A program made the position numbers and the translations under genes. The notes beneath the pieces are model-generated. The model was not told where the DNA came from. It searched no databases and was given only the letters and a program-made list of their open reading frames with translations. Below, in pieces: positions 19,281-26,870 of a stretch of DNA of 35,878 nucleotides; positions within the stretch are counted from its first letter, which is position 1, and every line of letters begins with the position of its first letter. The DNA comes from Candidatus Aerophobota bacterium (GTDB lineage: Bacteria > Aerophobota > Aerophobia > Aerophobales > B3-G15): positions 1 through 35,878 of the forward strand of contig JAGGZA010000001.1 in NCBI GenBank assembly GCA_021162265.1, written 5' to 3'.

Positions 19281-20627
19281 TTACTTTTTGCCATAGACAT
19301 CTAAAAGATTCTTCCTGCAATTATTTTTACTTTGAATAATACTCCCCAGAAGACTCTTTATATCAGACATTCCTATCTTCTCTACATTTTCCAGATTTAA
19401 AAGTGTTTTTTCTATTTCTTCCTCCACAATTCCGTCTCCTGAATAAAGACAAACACCCTGCAAAGCCAACAAAGATGCTCTAATGCCGACTTCTACAGCT
19501 ACCATAGCTTTTGCCCAGCATCCTGGCTTTGCTCCATCACAGATAACTCCTGATAGAGAACCTATCACCACACTTAAACCATCCTCCACTTCTTTATCCT
19601 TACCACCATTAAGATACACCAGGCCAGCACATATACCGGAAGCTCCCGCTATGCTGGTCCCACATATAGAAGATATAGCACCAAGGTAAGACTTTACCTT
19701 CCCCACAATCAAGTTGCTGAGAGCTAAAGCTCTAAGAACCTCCTCTTCCTTCTTGCCCCATTTTTTACCTAAAAAGTAAACGGGAATAGTGGCAACTAAT
19801 CCCTGATTACCACTCCCCCAGGAAGTCATCACAGGTAACTGGATCCCTCTCATTCTACCTTCCACCGCTAAACCTGTAAGAATCTGAACTTCGGCTATAA
19901 AATCATCCTCGTATAATTCATTCCCCAACAAATTCGTCATTGAGTGTCCTGTATATCCGGAACAATCTTCCATACAATACTTGGCCATTTTCATATTAAT
20001 TTCTGCTCCCTCTCTAAGAAAAATGAGCTTATCTCCAGACAAACTTTTTACAGAGGAGTAAATTTCAGATATTGAAAGACCTCTCAAAAAATTATCTTCT
20101 TTATTGTTATGGTACCTTAAAGTAGAAGCATCAGATATACTTTCCATTTCCTGGTTGGAATAAAATTTCCTATCAACCATATTTGTATGCTTGTCAACTA
20201 TCAATGCTCTCCCTACCCCTTTAGTCGTATAAATCAATCCTTCTATAAACAGGCGATCTTTGGAATTGTCTATTACAACATCCACTTTATCTTCCAGAAC
20301 TAACCTTGCAGCCTTTTTAACTAAATCTTCCTTGAGATCGGAAAAAATATTAATCCCCTTCGCATAGTCACTGCAAAAATATCCAATAGCAGCTGCCAGT
20401 TCCACGCCACACATTTCTCCTGTCCCGGGAATTATAACTCCAGAGGCATTTCTGTATGTACCCGGATCCATCACTACTCTAATACTCTGAAAAATTCCTT
20501 TACTTACTGAATTAGCCCCAGAAACACACAACCCAACACTTGCCGGTTCAGTACAACCAGTTGCAATTAATAAGTTTTTCTTCAACAACTTTAAAAGCTT
20601 ATCTTCTTTCACCTTTTTCAGCTCCAT
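19281..20627 (-). CDS. UPF0597 / serine-dehydratase-alpha-like protein (L-cysteine desulfidase family, YhaM/CyuA-like)
   Basis: 448 aa. N-terminal ...LLIATGCTEPASVGL (GCTEP motif) and Gly-rich C-terminal half are typical of the family. Overlaps the 3' end of the GntR gene by 29 nt. Confidence 0.7.
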   Translation of the reverse strand: MELKKVKEDKLLKLLKKNLLIATGCTEPASVGLCVSGANSVSKGIFQSIRVVMDPGTYRNASGVIIPGTGEMCGVELAAAIGYFCSDYAKGINIFSDLKEDLVKKAARLVLEDKVDVVIDNSKDRLFIEGLIYTTKGVGRALIVDKHTNMVDRKFYSNQEMESISDASTLRYHNNKEDNFLRGLSISEIYSSVKSLSGDKLIFLREGAEINMKMAKYCMEDCSGYTGHSMTNLLGNELYEDDFIAEVQILTGLAVEGRMRGIQLPVMTSWGSGNQGLVATIPVYFLGKKWGKKEEEVLRALALSNLIVGKVKSYLGAISSICGTSIAGASGICAGLVYLNGGKDKEVEDGLSVVIGSLSGVICDGAKPGCWAKAMVAVEVGIRASLLALQGVCLYSGDGIVEEEIEKTLLNLENVEKIGMSDIKSLLGSIIQSKNNCRKNLLDVYGKK

Positions 20628-21267
20628 ATTTTTTAATCAATTCTCGAGCAGTTTGCTTAACATTTTCAATATGTCTTTCTAATATTCTTTTGGCTTTCTC
20701 CAAGTCTCTATCTTTTAAAGCATCTAACAACTGAAGATGCTCATCAAAGGATTCCTTTCCTTTTGGATGAATGGATAGCAGCATCTCAATGTAGTCATCA
20801 ATTCTGGAATAAGCTTCCTGCAATTTCTTATTCCCACAGTTATTAATTATCAAAAGGTGAGGACTTTCCTCTTTCAGAAACTTAACCCCCTTGCTTCCCT
20901 TTATTATTCTACCCGATGATTGAAGAGTTCTTTCTCTATGAGCTTCAAGTTCGCCATTTTTTATGTTATTTATAGCCTTTTCTAATGCACCAATTTCCAG
21001 AATTTTTCTCAATTCATAAATATCTTCTATATCCTGAAGAGTAAAAGTTCTCACATAATACCCTACCCTTGGTGAAACAGTAATCATACCTCTTTGGGCA
21101 AGTCTATTTAAAGCATCTCTTATTGGAGTAGCACTTATACCAAATTCTTTCTTAAGTTCAGTCACATTTATTTTCTGACCTAAGGCCAGTTCTCCACCTA
21201 CTATTCTTTCGTAAATTATTTCTTCTAATCTATCCACTAAACTTTTATTTAATTCTTCTTTTACCAT
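20599..21267 (-). CDS. GntR-family transcriptional regulator with FCD-type C-terminal domain
   Basis: 222 aa. Winged helix-turn-helix LALGQKINVTELKKEFGISATPIRDALNRLAQRGMITVSPRVGYYV, followed by an all-helical effector domain. Confidence 0.88.
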   Translation of the reverse strand: MVKEELNKSLVDRLEEIIYERIVGGELALGQKINVTELKKEFGISATPIRDALNRLAQRGMITVSPRVGYYVRTFTLQDIEDIYELRKILEIGALEKAINNIKNGELEAHRERTLQSSGRIIKGSKGVKFLKEESPHLLIINNCGNKKLQEAYSRIDDYIEMLLSIHPKGKESFDEHLQLLDALKDRDLEKAKRILERHIENVKQTARELIKKYGAEKGERR

Positions 21268-21276
21268 TTTTCCCCA

Positions 21277-21316
21277 TTGATATGTGATGTATCACAGATA
21301 AAGTATCACATATCAA
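21277..21316. promoter_or_regulatory. Palindromic operator candidate (probable GntR autoregulatory site)
   Basis: Perfect inverted repeat TTGATATGTGAT (21277-21288) / ATCACATATCAA (21305-21316) with a 16-nt spacer. A nested palindrome TGTGAT-GT-ATCACA sits at 21283-21296. The site lies 10-49 nt upstream of the GntR start codon. Confidence 0.6.
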
Positions 21317-21328
21317 AGATTATGTCAA
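21300..21328 (-). promoter_or_regulatory. Putative sigma70-type promoter of the GntR-headed operon
   Basis: On the minus strand: -35 TTGACA (21328-21323), 17-nt spacer, -10 TACTTT (21305-21300). The right operator arm fills the spacer. Confidence 0.4.
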
Positions 21329-21639
21329 GATTAATCTCAAGAATTTGCTTTACAAAATTTAAAAGGAATAGATTTAGATATAGCTATATACAGGTAGTCA
21401 CAATCTTAATATCATAAATCCTGTCAATTAGATAAGTTAATCACACCAAAATCAACGAAGTGGACAAAGAGGAAAAATAATTAATCCTGGTATAGCAAAG
21501 GACTATGCATTAAAACTCAGGATAACTCTGACACATTCTTATCCCCAAGATAACATCCCTGCCAAATGCCTAATCTCTCTTTAAAATACCGTAAGAAAAA
21601 AATCTCCAAGGAAAGATAAAACCTAAAAACTAACGGAAC

Positions 21640-22458
21640 TTAATTTGGGAGGTCTCGTATTTTTTCCCTGGTCAATCCAAGCAAAGCTCTGGTTACTTCC
21701 TCCTCCTTTGTCTCAAGAGAATCACCGGGCTTCACGCTTATAGATTTACCAAAAGATACCGTAATATTATTAAAAGGAAAGGGAATGAAATGATTGTCCC
21801 ATCGCTTCTTCAATATAAATCCCTTACGACCCTCTATCCTTAAAGGCACAATTTTAGCTCCCGTTTTTTGAGCGATATAGATTATTCCGGGTTTAGTTTT
21901 ATAAGCAGGCCCCTGAGGACCATCAACGGCAATAAATAATGAACAACCCTGTTTAACTACCTTGATAAGCTTTAATATTGATTTTCCACTCTTAGACGTC
22001 CGTACTATACGATAATTAAAGGTGGAAAATAGTTGGGCTATATAATTTCCCCTGAAGGACCAATGAACTAATACCACCCTGTTGCTCATACGAAGAGAGG
22101 TAAGCAACAATGTGTAATTACCATGCCAGAAAGCAAAAATGATATTTCCTTTATCGCTTACTTCCAGATTCTCTTTGCCAACAATAGTAACCTTGCTAGT
22201 CCTGGAGATGAGAAGAAGAATCAACTGAACAAGGCAAATGGGGGTTTTAAACACCACAACATACCAGAGAATCTTTTGAAGAAGAAATCTATAGAATACC
22301 CTGCGGATTGCCAGATTTAAAAGTATGTGTTTTCCAACTACTTCGTACAGGTTTTGTTCAATAACAACATTTACGAAAACCCCCATTATAAGCCTGAGAA
22401 CCAATAACTTTAGGACCAGTAACTTCACATAATTTTTATAGGTAATGTAGTTTATCAT
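21640..22458 (-). CDS. DUF374 domain protein (lysophospholipid-acyltransferase-like)
   Basis: 272 aa. IFAFWHGNY and AVDGPQGPAYKTKPGIIYIAQKTGAKIVPL match the DUF374 conserved blocks. The N-terminal ~60 aa is hydrophobic, and the true start could be internal (for example M25). Confidence 0.6.
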   Translation of the reverse strand: MINYITYKNYVKLLVLKLLVLRLIMGVFVNVVIEQNLYEVVGKHILLNLAIRRVFYRFLLQKILWYVVVFKTPICLVQLILLLISRTSKVTIVGKENLEVSDKGNIIFAFWHGNYTLLLTSLRMSNRVVLVHWSFRGNYIAQLFSTFNYRIVRTSKSGKSILKLIKVVKQGCSLFIAVDGPQGPAYKTKPGIIYIAQKTGAKIVPLRIEGRKGFILKKRWDNHFIPFPFNNITVSFGKSISVKPGDSLETKEEEVTRALLGLTREKIRDLPN

Positions 22459-22553
22459 CGATGCCCTCTTAGCATAAGATAGTTAAACGACGTAAACTTA
22501 CTTTTTTTCTCTTAGTTTGTTACAGGACCTATTTTTCCCTTTTCAAAATGTAT

Positions 22554-22826
22554 TTAATATCGTCGGAATCCGCTATTCTTTCGAGGTCGAGCTTCATTAA
22601 CAATCATTTCTCTCTCCTGAAACATCTTTCCATTAAGAGACTTAACTGCTCTATCTGCATCTTCGCCAGAACTAAATTCTACAAAACCAAAGCCCCTGGA
22701 TTTTCCACTATCCCGATCAGTAACCAGCTTAACTTCGGTCACTGTCGTAAACTCCTTAAAGAGATCTTTAAGGTCATCCTCGGTTGCCTTGTAGGAAAGA
22801 TTTCCTACATAGAGTTTTTTACTCAT
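22554..22826 (-). CDS. RRM-type RNA-binding protein
   Basis: RNP-2 LYVGNL and RNP-1 RGFGFVEF. I prefer the ATG at 22826 (MSKKLYVGNL) because AAGGAG lies at 22831-22836. The ORF track extends to GTG 22844. Confidence 0.88.
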   Translation of the reverse strand: MSKKLYVGNLSYKATEDDLKDLFKEFTTVTEVKLVTDRDSGKSRGFGFVEFSSGEDADRAVKSLNGKMFQEREMIVNEARPRKNSGFRRY

Positions 22827-22840
22827 TCTTTCTCCTTTTT

Positions 22841-22861
22841 CCACTACCTTCCAGGTAGTGG
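22841..22861 (-). promoter_or_regulatory. 5'-UTR stem-loop immediately upstream of the RRM gene Shine-Dalgarno
   Basis: CCACTACCT / AGGTAGTGG forms a perfect 9-bp stem with a 3-nt loop. It ends 4 nt before the Shine-Dalgarno on the mRNA strand. Confidence 0.45.
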
Positions 22862-23007
22862 GTTATTTTCTCTGTAAAATACTTATTATCACAATCATAA
22901 ACTAAAGAGATTTTTGCTCTCAGGGTAAGCTATTGTTATAAGGACAGATAACTCTGGCAGGCCCTACATATAGTAGCTACTCTGATTGCCAAAAAACACT
23001 TGTAATA

Positions 23008-23035
23008 AGTGTATACTATCTTATTTTTTTGTCAA
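23008..23035 (-). promoter_or_regulatory. Putative promoter for the RRM gene (implies a ~170-nt leader)
   Basis: On the minus strand: -35 TTGACA (23035-23030), 16-nt spacer, -10 TACACT (23013-23008). Hexamer matching only. Confidence 0.3.
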
Positions 23036-23056
23036 CATGCAAACGCAGATTTGTCA

Positions 23057-24490
23057 TTAATAGATTTTTTTATACCTGTCGAAGTTAAAATTTTTCTCCA
23101 CAAAAAGCCTCACGCAGATATCTACTATCTCAGGATCATATAGAACACCTTTATTTTTTAATATTTCCTCAAGTGCCTTATCTACACCAAGGGCTGGACG
23201 GTAAGGACGATCAGAGGACATAGCTTCAACAACATCAGCTACAGCTAAAATTCTTGCTTCGAGTATAATATCGTCATCTGATAATCCCCGAGGATATCCT
23301 GAACCATCAAGCCTTTCATGGTGCTGAAGTATAATCTCTGCAACTGGCCAGGGAAAATGAACCTCTCTTAAAATTTCACATCCCACCTGAGGATGGGTTT
23401 TTACTATTTCTAATTCCTTCTCCTCTAATTTACCGGGCTTGTTAAGGATATCAGTTGGTATATGTATCTTTCCAATGTCATGTATTTTAGCAGCAAAACA
23501 GAGATTATCTACCTTCTCCTCCTCTAATCCCAACTCTTCAGCTATGGCACAGATAAGTTGAGCTACTTTTTGCTGATGAATAAATGTATAAGAATCCTTT
23601 GCTTTAACTATTCTTGCCATAGTGTAAATGATATCCTCTATACTTCCTTTCAACATCCTGAGGTCCCTTTTAATTTCTCTTTCCTGATCAGAGTTACCTT
23701 TGATCACACCAGTTGAGGGACTCTTTAAACTTTTGCCACTCATATACGGAGCATATCGTTGATAGTTATTCTTACCTTTACGTTTTACCCAATACATAGC
23801 TATATCGGCATTTTTTATAAGTATTTCAGCATTTTTGCCATCATAAGGATAAATAGCAATACCAGCACTTGCCGTAATATGGATCTTTTTATCTTCAATA
23901 AAAAATGGTTCCTGAAAAGCTTTGATAATTCTTCCAGAAACTACAAATACATCTTCCACTAAACTAATACCCGGTAATATTAATATAAATTCATCACCTC
24001 CTATTCGAGCAACAGTATCGTCTCTGCGCAATATATTAACCAATCGCTCACCAACACTTCTTAGAAGCTTATCACCTATTTTGTGTCCAAACATATCATT
24101 AACATTTTTAAAAAAGTCCAAATCAAGCAAAATCAAAGCCAGCTTTTTTCGAGTACGCTGGACACGAGCCAGCTCAATATTGAGCCGGTCATTAAACAAC
24201 GCCCTGTTAGCCAGGCCGGTTAAAATATCGTGAGTAGCTATGTATGCAAGTTCCTCCTCCCTTTTCCTGCGTTGGACAAGGCTTCTTGATATTAATATAC
24301 CAAATATAATAAAACCTCCCAATACCACCAATCGTGGATAAAGTCTTTGAATGGATAAATCAAAAATTAACAGCCTCCAGAATGACTCTTGAGATATGGA
24401 AAGATAGCTTATAAGAGCATCAATTACCCAAAAAAGTATCCCGTAAACAATTGAAAGAATAATAATCCTGTCAATTTTTATAAATTGCAT
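23057..24490 (-). CDS. Membrane-anchored diguanylate cyclase (GGDEF) fused to HD-GYP phosphodiesterase domain
   Basis: 477 aa. Two N-terminal hydrophobic helices. GGDEF at aa 164-168 (nt 24001-23987), with an RRDD I-site 5 aa upstream. HD-GYP motifs HDIGK and HHERLDGSGYP. Confidence 0.9.
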   Translation of the reverse strand: MQFIKIDRIIILSIVYGILFWVIDALISYLSISQESFWRLLIFDLSIQRLYPRLVVLGGFIIFGILISRSLVQRRKREEELAYIATHDILTGLANRALFNDRLNIELARVQRTRKKLALILLDLDFFKNVNDMFGHKIGDKLLRSVGERLVNILRRDDTVARIGGDEFILILPGISLVEDVFVVSGRIIKAFQEPFFIEDKKIHITASAGIAIYPYDGKNAEILIKNADIAMYWVKRKGKNNYQRYAPYMSGKSLKSPSTGVIKGNSDQEREIKRDLRMLKGSIEDIIYTMARIVKAKDSYTFIHQQKVAQLICAIAEELGLEEEKVDNLCFAAKIHDIGKIHIPTDILNKPGKLEEKELEIVKTHPQVGCEILREVHFPWPVAEIILQHHERLDGSGYPRGLSDDDIILEARILAVADVVEAMSSDRPYRPALGVDKALEEILKNKGVLYDPEIVDICVRLFVEKNFNFDRYKKIY

Positions 24491-24562
24491 GCACTGTCCT
24501 CATTATCCATAGAACTTAAGCACCAAATAACTAATTTTCTAAAATAAAAGGTAAGATTATCT

Positions 24563-25660
24563 CTACTTAAAAGGCAAATAAATAGAAACCAGCATCCCTT
24601 TTTTCTCCTTACTCTCTACACTTAACTCCCCTTGATGTTGTTCAACTATATATTTTGTAATAAAAAGGTCAAACTTTAACCTTTGGTTCCTGATAATGGT
24701 TGACAATGAGGAGGAAAGAATTCTCCCTTCCGGAATAGAAAGATTATCTTCTGACGACATATTGGCTATTTCTAATTTGACAAATTTCCCTTTTCTGACA
24801 GTCTTAACCTGTAGCTTTCCTCCTCTAAACATAGATTCAACTAAATTCTGAATTAAACTGAAAAGGATGTATCTTATCTGAAATTCATCCATTTTTAAAT
24901 AAGGTACAGGAGATAAAAATTTTAAAATCTCTATACCTTTTTTGTTTAACCTGCCTTCCACTGATTGACAAACATCTTCTATGATTTCATTTATATCTTT
25001 AAGTTGGAAGACGGGACTGGTAAATTGAGTGAACTCTAAAATATTTTCAGGAAAAAGAGCTTCTTTAATAGCCAGTTCTATCTGGTAAGCAAAAAAAACA
25101 AGAGGTTTAACATTGCTATCCACAATGGATCCTTGACTATGCCAGTTATCAGCCAAAAGAACTCCCATAACTTCTTTATCTATGGATAGAGGAACACACA
25201 TAAGCTCCTCTGCTTCCAGAAGATCCAATAATCTTTTGCCTATTCCAGAATTCTCCAGTGTTTTTTTTACCTTAAAAGCTTTTCTTTGTCTTAAACAATG
25301 AGTTATAAACTCATCTTTCTTTGAAAAAGGAAAAGCAAGTTTTTTTGCAAGAGGGTTAAGAAGCATTATTTCTCTGGAATGTACTTTACCCTCTAATAAA
25401 ATATCTTCCAGAGACTTTCCCTTTTCAATCATCTGGTGCCATATTATCTCAGCATCTTCTCTGGAAATAGGTCCTACCCCCATCTTACCTTCCAACATGT
25501 CTTTTTCTTCGTTTTTTAAAAGAAGAAAAACTCTGGAAAAACCAAAAATACAACCTGCAATGAGACAGGTAAGAATAGCATATATCCTGCTATCCAGATC
25601 CAAACTTGTATGCATCACATCTCCTGCTTTCAAAAATAAAGATATAATATTATCTCTCAC
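24563..25660 (-). CDS. GAF domain protein with degenerate histidine-kinase-like ATPase domain (no H-box)
   Basis: 365 aa. N-terminal GAF-like region. The C-terminus aligns to HATPase_c (LIQNLVESM N-box-like; ...IVEQHQGELSVESKEKKGMLVSIYLPF). The DxGxG and GxGLG glycine boxes are missing, and there is no His between the GAF domain and the ATPase-like domain. GTG start 3 nt after the GalT stop. Confidence 0.6.
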   Translation of the reverse strand: MRDNIISLFLKAGDVMHTSLDLDSRIYAILTCLIAGCIFGFSRVFLLLKNEEKDMLEGKMGVGPISREDAEIIWHQMIEKGKSLEDILLEGKVHSREIMLLNPLAKKLAFPFSKKDEFITHCLRQRKAFKVKKTLENSGIGKRLLDLLEAEELMCVPLSIDKEVMGVLLADNWHSQGSIVDSNVKPLVFFAYQIELAIKEALFPENILEFTQFTSPVFQLKDINEIIEDVCQSVEGRLNKKGIEILKFLSPVPYLKMDEFQIRYILFSLIQNLVESMFRGGKLQVKTVRKGKFVKLEIANMSSEDNLSIPEGRILSSSLSTIIRNQRLKFDLFITKYIVEQHQGELSVESKEKKGMLVSIYLPFK

Positions 25661-25663
25661 CTC

Positions 25664-26659
25664 TCACTCCTTTTGTCTCAAATGTTCTGCTGCCTCCTCA
25701 GGTGTCATATAGTTTATATAAAAACCTGTCCCCCATTCAAATCCGGCAATTTTTGTAAGGCGGGGCATTATCTCCAAATGCCAGTGAAAATACCTTAAAT
25801 CTGACCTGGCAGGAGAGGTATGAATAATATAATTGTAAGGTATATTAGGAAAAATTTTATTAAGTGACCTGATAGTTTTTTTTAACATACTGGCAAGGCT
25901 CTTTATTTCATCCGGAGTAATTTGCTTGAAGTCACAACTATGCCTTATAGGTATAATCCACATCTCATAAGGAAAACGAGAAGCAAATGGACAGAAACTT
26001 ATAAAATTATCATCTTTCCATAAAAGTCTCTCTTTTGAATCCAGCTCTTGAGCAATTATATCACAGAAAACACATCTTCTCTCAAGAGTAAAATACCTCT
26101 CAGCACCTTCAATTTCTTCCTTAACTCTTTTAGGAATTACTGGAGTAGCAATAAGCTGAGAATGAGAATGGTTAAGGGAAGCTCCTGCTTCCCTTCCCCT
26201 GTTCTTGAAAATCAGCACGTACTTAAACCGGGGATCCTTTGTAAGTTCTATCATCCTTTCCCTGTATGTTAATATCACCTTCTCCACACATCCCTGCTCA
26301 AGGGAAAATATATCTTCTATATGATTGGGCGTTTCAATTATTACTTCATGAGTTCCAATTCCATTCATCATATCATAAATTCCTCTTCTTTCCTTATGCA
26401 AAATACCTTCTGTTTTTAAAGCAGGATACTTATTAGGAACAACCCTTATCTGCCATCCAGGAGTATTGGGTTTTGTCCCATCTTTCCTGTACGAAAAAAC
26501 CTCAGGAGGAGTCATAAACTCATTTCCCTCACAAAGAGGGCAGTCTTTCTTCTCTTTAATTATATCTTTCTCAAAGGAAAAATCGTAAGGTCTTTTACCT
26601 CGCTCTCTTGAGACAATTACCCATCTTTCAACTATAGGGTCTTTCCTCAACTCAGCCAT
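25664..26659 (-). CDS. galT: Galactose-1-phosphate uridylyltransferase family (GalT/HIT superfamily) nucleotidyltransferase
   Basis: 331 aa. N-terminal ELRKDPIVERWVIVSRERGKRP, Zn-site CPLCEGNE, active-site HSHSQ (HxHxQ). Substrate specificity (UDP-hexose versus ADP-glucose-phosphorylase type) cannot be told from the sequence. Confidence 0.8.
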   Translation of the reverse strand: MAELRKDPIVERWVIVSRERGKRPYDFSFEKDIIKEKKDCPLCEGNEFMTPPEVFSYRKDGTKPNTPGWQIRVVPNKYPALKTEGILHKERRGIYDMMNGIGTHEVIIETPNHIEDIFSLEQGCVEKVILTYRERMIELTKDPRFKYVLIFKNRGREAGASLNHSHSQLIATPVIPKRVKEEIEGAERYFTLERRCVFCDIIAQELDSKERLLWKDDNFISFCPFASRFPYEMWIIPIRHSCDFKQITPDEIKSLASMLKKTIRSLNKIFPNIPYNYIIHTSPARSDLRYFHWHLEIMPRLTKIAGFEWGTGFYINYMTPEEAAEHLRQKE

Positions 26660-26827
26660 CTATTGAGTTCTCCATCGAATAATTTTTACCATGGCAATCT
26701 GTATTACATTGTACCTACTAAGATAAAAGAAAAGATAAGAAATTACTTTAGTGCACTATATTGTGCTCTCAATTATAACAGGAATACAATTTTTTTCAAA
26801 TAGACTTTCTTTTTTGTTACAAATGGC

Positions 26828-26833
26828 TATAAT
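26828..26833 (+). promoter_or_regulatory. Consensus -10 box (TATAAT) upstream of the glycosyltransferase gene
   Basis: Perfect TATAAT 38 nt upstream of the ATG at 26871. No convincing -35 found. Confidence 0.25.
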
Positions 26834-26870
26834 GTTTTGTAGAATGGAAGATAACGCATTGGAGGAGAAA

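Noticed and set aside
18600-19304. 234-aa plus-strand ORF, the longest unexplained ORF in the track.
   Set aside because: It lies entirely antisense to the UPF0261 gene. Its composition is Ser/Pro/Ala/Ile-rich and low in complexity with no recognisable motif or Shine-Dalgarno. This is the typical shadow ORF opposite a real gene.
21378-21389. 12-bp perfect palindrome ATATAGCTATAT in the 372-nt GntR/DUF374 intergenic region. A 31-codon plus-strand ORF also starts at 21325.
   Set aside because: AT-only palindromes of this size are expected by chance in AT-rich intergenic DNA. The small ORF has no Shine-Dalgarno. No RNA-gene-like structure is recognisable.
22841-22870. On the plus strand the hairpin CCACTACCT-TCC-AGGTAGTGG, followed by GTTATTTTCT, looks like an intrinsic terminator.
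   Set aside because: No credible plus-strand gene lies upstream to terminate. It is interpreted instead as a 5'-UTR structure of the minus-strand RRM mRNA.
22548-22877. 109-aa plus-strand ORF covering the RRM locus.
   Set aside because: It is antisense to a gene with unmistakable RNP-1 and RNP-2 motifs and has no motif or Shine-Dalgarno of its own.
26751-26870. 40-codon N-terminal extension of the glycosyltransferase from GTG 26751.
   Set aside because: The extension is hydrophobic or odd sequence with no Shine-Dalgarno. The ATG at 26871 has GGAGGAG 4 nt upstream and gives the usual distance to the GIPSY..NE motif.
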